64,000 bases of DNA from the NCBI RefSeq assembly GCF_000315625.1, contig NW_005434666.1, forward strand, positions 1,011,806 to 1,075,805, written 5' to 3'. A model generated the notes under the pieces. The model did not search any database. It was not told the origin of the DNA and saw only the letters and a program-made list of their open reading frames with translations. The position numbers were made by a program, and so were the translations under genes. The DNA is from Guillardia theta CCMP2712 (Eukaryota > Protista > Cryptophyta). Positions 12,987 through 25,248 of this stretch are shown piece by piece (positions within the stretch are counted from its first letter, which is position 1; each line of letters begins with the position of its first letter).

Positions 12987-13060
<74 letters not shown>
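12771..13060. repeat. (CAG)n tract and (GCTCCT)n hexamer array in a divergent intergenic region
   Basis: CAG runs at 12771-12827; GCTCCT array at ~12960-13060. Confidence 0.95.
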
Positions 13061-13179
13061 CCTGTGCTCCTGCTCTATTCTCGAAACCCATTCTATATCC
13101 TCTCGTTTTGCCTTCCTTCCTCCTTCCAGTGGCTTCACTACAAGTTGAGCGTTTCTGGCATGCTGTTCCGGTCGCCATC

Positions 13180-13956
13180 ATGATGGTGGTGATGGTTGTA
13201 TGCATTGCCCCAGAAACTGGCAGCTCTCTCCCTCCTGCCTCCTCCTCCCCCGCCCTATATCCTGCTGCTGAACTGCAAATCTCGGAACGAAAGGAAGGGG
13301 GGCATGCAGACATCTGTGGAGACCGGCTCGGACAACATGGGGCCTCCAAGATCAAGAGATCGAAGAAGCAACCTCGTGTTAGAAGGCTGAAGAACCAGAC
13401 AGATACTGCTGCAAGGGGAAGAAACAAGTGCATGCAGCCGGGCTGCACAACTTTAGCTTCATATGGAGATATCTCAAACAAAGTTGCGGTAGCATGCGCA
13501 AAACACCGGAAAGAAGGTGATGTGTAATTATCTGGACAAGAGATAGTCGAGATGGCCATGGTTTACATGTTGTTGCTACAGGACATGTTGATGTGAAGAA
13601 TCGGAGATGTTCTGCTATCCTCTGGGACGGATCGCAATGCACAAAACTTCCGACCTTTGCCCTCCCGCACGAGAGGATACCTCGTCAGTCTGCCGGCAAG
13701 CTCGTGTTGTGTCGTGACATGGTAGCAGGATGCTGTCTACTGCACTCGCCACCGGGCTACGTGAACGTGAAGAGAAATGGCAAGAGAAAAGTGAGACGAT
13801 GCCAGGTGAGAGTTTTCAAAGAGATCCAATGAGATGATGACAGTGATGTTTGCAGGCCATTGATTGCAACAAGGTCGCGTCCTTCGGGAACATGGTGCGG
13901 TATCAACCATGACGAGGGGACGGAAGCAGGAGCACGAGCAGCACCAGCACCAGCAT

Positions 13957-13991
<35 letters not shown>

Positions 13992-15484
13992 AGTGAGGGA
14001 GAAAGACGGGGTTGAGGGAAGCAGGAGGAGGAGGAGGTGGTGGTGGTGGAGTTTTCAAATGTAATCCTTGGACAAAACAGACAGGAGGAGTTGCTATGTT
14101 CTGTGGGAAGCATCGTGGATACTGGGATGTTGATGTCCGACATCCCCGATGCAGGTTCAAGACGTGAGAGACAAGAGGAAGGGAGGGTGGAGGAAAGGGA
14201 AGGAGGGGAAAAGGGGGGGGGGGAGGGGGGAGGGGGAGGGGAGGAGGGAGGGGAGGGAGGGAGGAGGAGGAGGGAGGGAGGGAGGGAGGAGGACGGAGGA
14301 GGAGGNNNNNNNNNNNNNNNNNNNNNNNNNNNNNNNNNNNNNNNNNNNNNNNNNNNNNNNNNNNNNNNNNNNNNNNNNNNNNNNNNNNNNNNNNNNNNNN
14401 NNNNNGGGGGGGGGAGGAGGAAGGATGAGGGAGGGGAAGGGGAGGCAGGACAGGGGAGGATAGAGTATGCGGGAAGGAATAGCACAATTGCTTACCATTT
14501 CGCTCACGTAGGAAGACCGGATGTCACAAGCAAGCAACGTATTCTGTTTGCTGAATCCAGTAATCGTCTGAGATTTCATCCGCTTTCAGCGTAAAAGTCC
14601 AAGGGCTCGGACATGCTCGCCTGCTCTGCCACGAACACAAGGTGACGCGATGTGAACTCCAGGAGGTCGTCTTTGTTCTGAGAAGATTTCTGTCCGCTTT
14701 TGGCCAGTCGTTTGCCTCCCAGCTTGCACAGGAGATGGAGCAAGAATGGATGAACAACAGGAACAACTTCATCAGGCAGTCATGCAGCCATCAGAAGACT
14801 TTCTCTTCCTTTCACCAACGAAACAACAAAGAGGACTGGATCCACTCCCAAGACCTCTGGTGGCAACTTCAAGAAGCGGCTCACTGGGATTTCGAGGTTG
14901 AAGCATCGTTGACCTTCCCTTCCTCCTCCTGCTTCTTTCATCCCTCTGCTCCTCCACATTCCCACCCCCTTCCTTGAACCTCCCTGCCTTTCTCTCACTC
15001 CTTGCTGCCCTTTGGTGTTCCTTCCCAACTTCTCCTGCTTCGTTCTTCCTTCTGCTCCTTCTCGCGCGCTCTCTCGTTCTCTTCCCCCTCCTCCTTCTCG
15101 ATCCCCTTCATCCCTCTTTCTCACTCTCAATCTCCTCTGCCCCACTCACTGATGCTGGGGCAGGGAGCGATGAACGGCTGCTCCTTTTCTGAGCCGAACT
15201 CGATCACCAACTACGTGTGGATGCATCCCGAGAGCATGTGGAGACCCACGTGGGACGCGGGAAAGACGCAGGAGGAGGAGGAGGAGGAGGAGGAAGAGGA
15301 GGAGAAGGTGGTGGGGAGTGATGAAATCTTGTTTCAGGTCTCTAACTTTAAATTCGTGCTGTTAATTTACAATTTACACTCTTGGCAGGGAAGGCAATCG
15401 GACGAAAAGCTTCCTCTTTTGCTACATCCTCCTCCTCCCCCTTCTGCTGTGGTGCAAGAGGAGTGGGAATTGCCTTTGAGGTGA
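13180..15484 (+). CDS. EsV-1-7-like cysteine-rich (C..C..C..H) repeat protein with four repeats; start and end uncertain
   Basis: Spliced repeats: CMQPGCTTLASYG..VACAKH; HVDVKNRRC..CTKLPTF..CCLLH; VNVK..RCQAIDCNKVASFG..MFCGKH; DVDVRHPRCRKTGCHKQAT..LCHEH. These match the EsV-1-7 pattern vDVknkrC...C.k.psFG......C..H. Confidence 0.75.
14306..14405. other. Assembly gap (100 N) inside a G/A-rich intron
   Basis: Run of 100 N flanked by GGA/GGG low-complexity sequence. Confidence 1.
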
Positions 15485-15649
15485 CTTAAAGCTGCCGAGG
15501 AGGCGAGGTGGAGAAGGAAGACTTGACGAGGAAGAGGAAGAAGAGACAAGAGAGACAAGGGGAATGGGAAGAATAGAGGAGGAGGAATAGAGGAGGAAGA
15601 ATAATGGAGGAGGAGGAGGAGGAGAAGGAGAAGGAGGAGGTGCGTGAAT

Positions 15650-16348
15650 TCAAACGCCCTGACAGACCCTGAAGGAAATCATCAGATGAAAGGATAGACA
15701 GACAAGAGAGGTCTGCGAGGAGGGAAGAAGCGAAGGAAGGAGGGAGGAGGAGGAGGAGGAGGAGGAGGAGGAGGAGGAGGAGGAGAATGAAGAACAGGGG
15801 CACCAGGGAGTGAAACGAGAAATCTCATCTTCGCGCTGCAGAAACTGAATAAAACATTTCAGTCCTCTCCTTACATGCCATTTCATCCTCGTCGTTGACA
15901 TCACCATCACCATCATCATCATCATCATCATCATCATCATAAGCAGTAGCAGCATCCTTTTCATCAGCATCAGCAAACTCATCCTCCTCATCATCATGGT
16001 TCAAACCTGCCAACTCCCGAAATGAACAAACAGAGTCTCTTTCTCCATGCATCTAGTTGGCGTTATGGCGAGGAGCCAGCGAGTCGGAGAAGATAAGAAG
16101 AGGGGAGGATACAAGAAGAGACGAGAGAGAGAGAGGAGGTCGAGGAGAGACGAGGGGGAGAGATGGAGGAGAATGGACCGGGTTTGCGAGCAAGGAGAGA
16201 AATCTTCGAGCCCATCGCTGCGTCAAAGTCATGCAAAGAATTATAGCGAAGGGGAGAGAAGAGGGCTAAAAGCAGAGCAGGAGGAGCAGGAGGAGCAGGA
16301 GGAGCAGGAGGAGCAGGAGCAGGAGCAGGAGCAGAGAGGAGGAGGAGG

Positions 16349-16438
<90 letters not shown>

Positions 16439-19400
16439 AGATGATGATGATGATGATGATGATGATGACCTCTTGATCTTCATCCGATCCAAGTCGGAGA
16501 TGCACCAATCTCGCTTGTTGCCAACAAGATGCGGAAGACAAGGGCAGGAGAGGATGATGTTGTTGTGCTGACCTGACGCACACCAGGAGGCAGAAATGTC
16601 CACCTCCTCCACAGCAGACATGTCGAGGTCCTGTTTGCACCGATCAAGAAGACAAAAAGAAGGGCAGAGGAACGACAGGAGACAAGGGGGGGCGAGGGAA
16701 GACGATGGAGGGTAGCAGGAGAAGAGCAGAGCAGAGCAGAGCAGAGCAGAGCAGAGCAGAGCAGAGCAGAGCAGAGCAGGGGATGTGAGGAGCTGTTGGA
16801 GGAGGGAGAAGGAGGCGAGGGAATGCAGGCAGAGGCTAGCGGTAACCTGCTCCCCTATCGCATCCTTCCAGCATTGATCCTGCTTTGAGTCGACACGCGA
16901 ACATTCGCCGCGGTAGTTGAGGAGACCCCGAGCAGCAAACACGGTGAGGATGGCATCCTGCTGCTGCTATGAGACGATGGAGACAAGGAGGAGCAGGAGC
17001 AGAAGCAAGGGCAGGAGCGGGAGTACGAGCAGGGGGAGGCAAGAGACAAGAGGTAGGAGCAGGAGCAGGAGATACAAGAGTTCAAGGGAAAGGTGGGTGA
17101 GAGGAAGGGTTCCTGGAGGGAGGTTTGGTCGGTAGAATGTCTTTCTTGCCAGGCATGATCGAGCAACTGGTCAATGAAGAGACTTTTCCTGCTGAAAGTC
17201 ATGGAGGTCGCAGGGGCAAGGAAAATCACCGCATGATGACGAAATCTGCTATCAAGAAGCGAGGAGGATACTGTCGGCGAGATGTCAGGTGTATCTCTTG
17301 CGTGGAGATCGAGACGAGGAGGGGAGGAGTGAAATATACGAGATGGTGTTGATTTGCGCTGATCTGCAATCTTGAGAAGAACATTTACCGCAGATGTCGC
17401 CGCGATGAATTTCTTTGATTGCGGCCAACAGTCAGTGAAGGGGACACAAGTTCGACTGCCATGGAAAGAGAACAAGAGAATTAGCTGAGAAGAAGTGAGA
17501 AGACAAAGAGAAATCAAGAGAGCTAAGTAGTTAAAAACCATCATTCATCCATCAATCAAATATCAAGATCGTAACAATGACAGCCACAACAAGGTTGGAA
17601 TAATTAGACAACCAAATTTGATGGAGACATCAACAATGGCAGCCATGTAGCAAGTAGGAGACGATAGAACAAAACGACATAGCAACGACAAGTAGGATGA
17701 AAGTTCTGTTCGTCTTGTTTGCTTACTCATGTCTACGAGGAGAAAAAGGTCCGTAACCATCCATGTCAGCCCAGACAACAGTCTCGTAATGGCTCAGAGC
17801 AACCTTCGAAATGCGATTATAAAGAAATTCTTGATGTTTGCTACAAGAATTCACTTTCATCGACGGAGGTTTCAGAAAGTAACCATTGCGACCGGGAAGC
17901 TACAAAATCGTCAACGAGGTCAAGATGATGGTGCTGATGATGTTGATGATGCTAAGAAGAATTGCGAAATTCACCATGTCGGTTGTAGCTATGGAGAAAA
18001 GAAAATCCATCTTCTCTCTACGAGCGAAACAAAACCTGCAAGTACAATGAGGGGCAAAAGCGGAAAAGATAGCCTTGAACTTGTTGAGAATGATTGGAAT
18101 CAATTTCTTCACATTCCACTGAGACAACCCATGTAGATTCACACTGTTGATTGGACCGACACCTGATACTGAGCCTTACATGTGGTCTTGCAATAAACCA
18201 AGCAAACCTGAGAGGATTGCGGCTCTCTTTTGCTCACTGCCTTCACATTCAGTTGTGAAGTCCTTAGAACATTCCTTGACACCATCTCCAGCGACATCTA
18301 CAACTCTGGCAAAATTGCGAGATCAATCTCAACAACCATCTGCAGTGAGAGAGGAAAATCTCCCTCACCGATATAGAAAACATCTCCTTGTAACCAACTG
18401 GTGAAGAGGTACAGGTGACGAACCCTACCAGGACGATCACGGTCAGACAAGAGCTTTCAAAGAGAACATTCACACATTCTCAGAGAAACCGACGAAAATG
18501 TCCTCAACACGGGTGTCGTCTCCTCTCAGGGAATAGAAGGCATTGCTTGTGTTCAACCACAGCAGGCATTTCCGCAATGGATATGACCAACCCCCCCATG
18601 TCAAGTTGTCCGTCGACTGGAACACCTCACTCCCATACATCTCATCCACTCCTGCAGACAAGTCAAATCTTCTCACCATCAACAAAGCACGACATGCAGA
18701 GTACAAAGACATGATCAACCTTGCGAGTACTCGCCCAAGAACGATTGCCCGTCTCTCCCCACAGTGAACTTGAAAAGATGCCTCAGGCGTGAAAGGAACA
18801 CAGAGACATCCTCACAGGAGCTGGCTTCCACCCTTGATACTCTGGGAATGCATGGACATGTATCTCGATGCTCTTGTTTGCAAGCAATCAGTAAGTGAGA
18901 AACTCGGACTCCTCGCACCTTCATAGCTACTACTTCGTCTCCGTCAAAGATCCTGATCGCTCACTATTTACACGTGACGGTAAAGGACATACTTCTACGG
19001 ACCTGTAGATCAATTCGTAGTCTCCTTCTTCCTTCTCGAAGATCATGTTTTTCAGCTCCATGGTATCCTGGCCTCCTCTAGGACTTCAATCGCATTGACG
19101 AAAACTGAACAAATCACCTTGCGCATCGATGTACATGTGATTTGCAGTCCATTCAAGATATCCGAAAGGATTCAACCTCGACGACATGGTCTATGCGTTC
19201 ATCCTGTTATACTGGTCTGCATCAAACATCGCTGACCTCCCATCGAAGAATCCTTCCCGGACTTGGAACAAACAAGATACGAATGCTTGAAGTGGATCAC
19301 TGGAACGAAGTGGAGAAAGAAAGGGACAAGTCAACCTCGTGGCGATGGTAGCCATGCTGTAAAGTTCCTGCCCGTCCCATGGCGCTAAGATCTGTATGAT

Positions 19401-19627
19401 CGCCAGCATCACTCCCTCGCGCACTGCGACCGGTCGCAACGGGGAGGAAAAGAATGGAACGTGTAGGGGTTTGCACTCAAAGGAAGCAAGAGAGAAACGG
19501 CATGCAATTTCTGTCCTTCATGCCTTGTGTGTCTCTTCCTCCTGCTCACCTGCAGCTGAACCTCCTCCGCTCCTCCCATCGCCACCATCGCCACCATCGC
19601 TGTCACCAACAACCACCATGCCTCCAT
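15650..19627 (-). CDS. Secreted or Golgi protein, probably a GT-A-fold glycosyltransferase (GT34/GMA12-MNN10-like); exon structure only partly resolved
   Basis: Signal-peptide-like start MEAWWLLVTAMVAMVAMGGAEE at 19627. Exons include FCFARREKMDF (cf. CYARRHGYDF), YFLKPPSMK-VALSHYETVVWADMD (DxD at 17759-17767) and ..STDQTSLQDAIL (DQ motif). Likely stop at 15650. Confidence 0.5.
16276..16468. repeat. (GGAGCA)n array followed by (GAT)n, intronic
   Basis: Directly visible. It generates the spurious GAGAGA/APAPAP/CSCSCS ORFs in the track. Confidence 0.95.
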
Positions 19628-19680
19628 TCCTCACGACAATCCCCCCCGGTTTACTGTATTTTAGTAGGAGACTCTAGTAC

Positions 19681-19687
19681 TATAAAA
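19681..19687 (+). promoter_or_regulatory. TATA-like box in a 90-bp divergent intergenic region
   Basis: TATAAAA at 19681, 37 bp upstream of ATG 19718 (+). The minus-strand gene starts at 19627. Confidence 0.35.
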
Positions 19688-19717
19688 CTTTTCCCCGAAT
19701 TTTGAAAGAGCGTCAAA

Positions 19718-19867
19718 ATGCAAGCAACGGGAGCAGGCGGAGATTTCTGGACAGGAGCAGGCGCGGGTAGAGCACATGGAAGGGGACGAAGGGTTGACGC
19801 AGGAGCGGGAGCAGAAGCGGGAGCAGGAGCGGGAGCGGGAGCAGGAGCGGGAGCGGGAGCAGGAGCG

Positions 19868-19930
<63 letters not shown>

Positions 19931-20530
19931 TGCAATGAGCTAACACAGAAAGTTATGAGCTCACAAACAGGGATGACGAACACAATTGAAGGAGCGATCA
20001 CTCCAGCACAAGGGGGACGAGCAACAACGGCAGTTACAAGAGAGGCTGCAGTCGATGGCGGTGAATGGCGGGTAGTCGAGATCCCTGCTGGTCTTCCAAC
20101 AGGAGGAGAAGGTGGAGGAGAAGGAGCTAGAGGAGAAGCTGTAAGAGCAAGAGCAGACGAAGAGGAGGGAGAAAGGGGAGGCGGAGCAACGGGATCAAGC
20201 ACAGAAACGTTCGGCCCATCACATCCCGTGTTTGAAGTGATCGCTGTCATGAGCCCTCTTCCTCCTGACGTCCTGGACGGGAGGGGGAGGAGAAGTGACA
20301 TGTGCGTCTTCATCGAGAGCCCCAGAACTATCCACGTCTTCCCGCATGACGGCTGCAAGGCGATGATGCAGTACGACAAGTCGGAGCAGGCGGCATACCA
20401 CAAGGTGGATAGGAAAGTGAATATCAGGGGAGGAGGAATCTTTACGAGGTCGATAGTGGGTCGTTTGAAGGATGAAGGGAGGAAAAAGCGTGTCGAGAAG
20501 AGTCTTCATAGGGCCATTCATGGCGACTGA
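19718..20530 (+). CDS. Intronless hypothetical protein, 270 aa, with a Gly-Ala repeat N-terminus and a globular-looking C-terminal region
   Basis: Continuous ORF. The C-terminal part (DMCVFIESPRTIHVFPHDGCKAMMQYDK...) has strongly C/G-ending codons like the other coding exons. The GA tract comes from the GGAGC(A/G) array at 19799-19930. Confidence 0.5.
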
Positions 20531-20598
20531 AGAGGCTCGTGGGCCGAGTTTACAAGCAACACATAAACAATAGAGTTCGACTTTGGACATGCGCTATG

Positions 20599-21817
20599 TT
20601 ACAACTGCTCCCCCAGGTATCTCAGCGTTGCAGCGCAACCTCTGGTGATGATGGAGCTGAGAGGGGCCTGTACAAGTCAAGTGTCAAAGATGTCGGGCAG
20701 CTCGCGATCTCCGTCACCTTGAAGAAGTTGGCGGTGACGACCAGGTTCTTCAGTGATCCCTTGGGGGGAAGGAGTTTCCCTGCGAAGTCTTAATGGAGGA
20801 GGCGCGAGCGCGGAAGGAGAGGGGAAGGAGAGCAAAGGGAAAAAGGAGCAACGAGGAGGAAGGGAGGGAGGGAGGGAGGGAGGAGAAAAGGCCCACCGAG
20901 TTCAGCCGGGAGAACAGCAAGTTGATTGTGCGTTAAATGAAGTTCCTGCTCGATCGTCATTCATCACCTTGTGTTCCCTTATCCACTCCTCCTCCTCATC
21001 ATCATCATCACCATCACCACCTCCACCACCACCACCACCCCTCATCTCTCTCCTCCTCATCATCATCGTTAACTCCTCATCCTCCTCAACATCGTCATCA
21101 TCATCATTCTCGTCTTCGTCCTCATCATCACCTCCAGCTTCGTCAAGGCCCCCACGTCCGGCGGGACCGTATCGAGCATGTTGTAGGAGAGTTTGAGTCG
21201 CCGGAGACTGACGAAGCTGTCAGCAGCAAGACGAAGGAAAGAGAAGATAGGACGAGAGGGAAGGAGGCAGGCAGGAGGAGGGCGAAGAGAAGAGGGAGGA
21301 GAGAAGTGCGAGCGAAGAGAAGAGGGAGGAGAGAAGTGAAGAAGGGGAGGCAGAGGGCAGGGGAGAGGAGCAGGGAGTCGGGCCCACCTGGTGTTCTGTC
21401 CGATGGCACGGGGGAGGACGGAGATCTCGTTGTAGGAGAGCTCGAGTTCCTCAAGCTTTCCAAGCTGCGGGAAGGGGAGTGAGGAAGAGGAGGAAGAGAA
21501 GGAGGACAGAGAGAGGAGTGAGAGCGGGGAGGAGGATAGCAAGAGGGGTGAAGAGGAGGAGGAGGAGGAGGAGGAGGGGCAGGGAGAGGAGGTGGGAAGC
21601 GGAGGAAGAGATTGGGAGGGGAGGCAAGATCACCCGAGCGAGAGCAGGAGGGAGTCCTGCGATCTGATTCTGATTCATGCGGAGATCCCGCAACTGTTGC
21701 GGAGAATGAGAAAATTGACCGGAAAGGACAGCGAGAGAGGGTGGAAAAGGAGTAGGGGAGAAGATAAGTCGAAGTGAAGGAGACTGTGAGGAGGAGCGGG
21801 AGCAGGAGCGGCAGCAT

Positions 21818-21857
<40 letters not shown>

Positions 21858-24800
21858 GGAAGGATGGTGTATCCAGAAATTGAAGTGTTGCAGGGTTTTA
21901 CCTCAGTTATGACACAAAGACAAGCTGGAATTTCTCTGAAATTGTTTCCATCGAGATTGACAAACCGAAGCGACTGAAACGAGGGTGAGAAAGAGCCATC
22001 ACACAACATCATCAACAGCAACAGCAATTCCTCCTTATTGCTGAAGGAAGAGTGTAAGGAGGAGTGTAAAAGGGAGGAGGAGGAGGAGGAGGAGCAGCAG
22101 CAGCAGCAGCAATTATCAACAATCGTCATCGCAATGTTCCACACCTGAATGATCGAGACTGTATCCGGAAGCTCTGAGAGGTGGTTGAAAGGAACATGAA
22201 GCCTTTCAAGATTTTCTGAAGAATTGTTCGTCAGACAGTAATCAGCATCATAAAATCTCCCAGAACAATCTCAACAATCATCAGATGTCTCAACTCTACA
22301 AGTTGTAACCTACTGCTCTCATCTCACCATCTCGCAGATCTTCGAGTGGATTGAGAGCATCCGGTTGTAACCCGCCATGAGCTCCACCAGGGTTGTGAGA
22401 TCGCAGACTTCGACAGGCTGCAAAAGAAACTTCAACAAGCACATCTTGACAACACCAACATTGCTCTGCAAGCAAACAAGACACCAAGACAAGAAGACAA
22501 CTTCTTGACGCAACGACATCGATCGCTCTCAAGTCTCACCATCTCTGTAAGGATGTTGTCGAGCAGGTTGAGCCTCTTCAATGACGCATACTGCTCCAGC
22601 TGTCACGCTCATCGTCGTCTCTCCTCTCCTCCTCCTCCTCCTCACCTGCCCTTCCTTGGTATTCATCACAAGCTCTGGCGGCCAATCCTCCAACCCTAGA
22701 CTGCTGAGATCCAGCCTGCCAGGGGATAAGAGAAGAGCAGAGCAGTGAAGAGAGAATACAAGGGAAGAGCAAAGAATATAAGAGAACAGGAAACAAGACA
22801 ACACAATACAGTGCAATGCAAGAGGGACGAGAAGAGGCTAGCTAAGGCGGATCACCTTCCCCCTCCTCTGGCTTCTCGAAGTCTTCCCAGCCATTCCTTG
22901 ACGATACTAACGCCCTTCGAAAGGATCTGGAACATCTTCAACAACGTAGAAATGCTGAACCCTCCTCCTGCTCCTCCTGCTCCTCCTGCTCCTCCTCCCC
23001 TTCTTTTCATCTTTCTGCTCAGATGGTTCACCTGCTTCGGCGGCGAGAGGAGGATGACGTCATCCAAGTCGAGCATCTGCAGGGACGCGCAGTCTGCGAG
23101 GCCGAAAGGAAGAGACTGCAAGCCTGCAGGGCAACAGAATCAGAAGACAGGTCAGAGTGAAGGAGAGGAGGGGAGCAGGGGGGAGGAGGGGAGGGCAGGA
23201 GAGAGGAAAGAGGAGGGGAGAAAGGAGAGGAAAGAGGAGAGAAGGGGAGAGGAGAGGAGAGGAGGGGAGGAGAGGGATAGGAGAGGAGAGGAGAGGAGAG
23301 GAGAGGAGAGGAGAGGAGAGGAGAGGAGAGGAGAGGAGGGAGGAGAGGAGAGGAGGGGAGGAGAGGGATAGGAGAGGAGAGGAGAGGAGTGGAGTGGAGG
23401 GATAGGAAAGGAGAGGAGAGGAAGACCGGTTTTGTCAAGACGCAGGACTCGGAGAGCTCGGAGGTTGCCGATCCAGTCAGGGAGTTGGTGGATGGGGTTG
23501 GAGCCAAGTCGGAGCTCCTCGAGATGTGCCATTCGCCCGATATGAGGAGGAACAGCACGCAAGTTCATTCCTGCGATAGAGAGAGATGAGGAGGAAGATG
23601 AAAGTAGATGGATGAGAAGAGAGATGATGAAAAGAGAGAAGATATGAAGAAGATTGTCAAAGTGTGAAGAAGATTATCATGAGAGAAGGGGTATTGACCA
23701 ACGAGAAGATGTCATTGGATGTGAACTCATGTTAGAAAACGTCTTTGGTCATGTGAGAAACGAGAAGGCAGATGGTACACGTGATGAACGAGGAAGAAGG
23801 AAGGAAAAGAGTTCAGTAGGAGAAATTACCTGAAAGATCAAGACATTTCGTCTTGAGGGTTGCATGACATATCTCGAGGTATCGCAAGAGAGCAGTTGAT
23901 CCTTCATTCAAGATCTTTGTTCGAAGAACTCAGTCTGGACGCTGTCGAACAAGTTTCATTGTTTCACCTCTGATGGTAGTTGAGAGAGTTCATACTCATC
24001 ATAGAGAAAGACCTGAACAAACAAGCAGGTCAACAGATCGATTCACAAACAATGGTGTTCTCACTTTAAGGGAGGAAGACAACAACCCCAGGCCAGAAGG
24101 CAAGACTGAGATCATGTTGCCGCGAACATCAAGAGATTTCAAGTTTGTAAGCTTCTCCATGTTGTCAGGTGTGCAAACATGGCCTGCAAGGAAAATTTCT
24201 CCACTCAGTACATCGTTCGCAGATTCAGACCAAGATATTTGTGTATGGCATGTTTACACGAGATTTGTTGAGAATGAGTTTCACCTGGGAGTGCGGTGAG
24301 ATTATTGTTCGATACATCTAATACTGCAAGCTGATACAGATCACAAACTTCATCTGCAATGGCCTGATCGTACTGTCAGACACAGACACGGCCTGATGTT
24401 TAAGACCTGCAACCCGTTGTCCGAGAAATGGAGCTCCCTGACGTTTTCAAGCTTTCGGATATCCGAATCCAACACCAGGATGTTGTTCTCTGAAAAGTCG
24501 AGCCATGTGATTGTCGTCAGAGTGCAAACTGACGATGGGACGTTGACGAATTTGTTTGCTCGCAGATTCAGACATGTAAGGTTCGTCTGCGCACATGTTG
24601 AGAAAATACGAACTGTGACAGACAGGAGTTGTACCAGGTAGACGAAGGTGAAGGGAAGGGAGGACAAGAGGTTGGAAGGGAGGAGAAGGGATGTAAGGTT
24701 TGTCAAGAGCCGGATGCTCTCAGGTAAAGATGTCAACTTGTTGCTTCCCAGCCGAAGATCCCTTGTAAAGCTCAAATCCCGGAGATTCGGCAGCTGACAA

Positions 24801-25182
24801 TGTTTCAGAGAAGGTGAGCAAAGCATTATAGGAGAGGAGAGGAGAGGAGAGGAGAGGAGAGGAGAGGAGAGGAGAGGAGAGGGACAAATTGAAAGGAAGC
24901 GGAGGAGGAGGAGGAGGCAAACACGGAGACGGAGGAGAAAAACAACAAGGAGGAGAACAAGGAGCAGGAGGAGCAGGAGGAGCAGCATAGCGTACCTCTT
25001 GCATCAAGTTGTCGCTCAAGTCCATGGTGTGCATTGATGGGCCCGCAAGCTGCTGAATGGCAAGAGGGAGGGCAGACATGTAGCAACTCTTCATGTCGAG
25101 GATCCCAGTCTGCGCCAGAAAATGTCAGATGGCATGATTGATATCATGAGGAGGAGGAAGAGGAGGATTGTATTGTGATGAC

Positions 25183-25248
<66 letters not shown>

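Noticed and set aside
13757-14594. Several long ORFs spanning the N run
   Set aside because: Artefacts of the assembly gap and flanking G/A low-complexity sequence.
16047-16942. GAGAGA/APAPAP/CSCSCS ORFs resembling silk or metallothionein
   Set aside because: These are translations of the GGAGCA intronic array in different frames.
22745-23568. GEERR/SSPLL repeat ORFs
   Set aside because: Derived from a (GGAGA)n microsatellite in an LRR gene intron.
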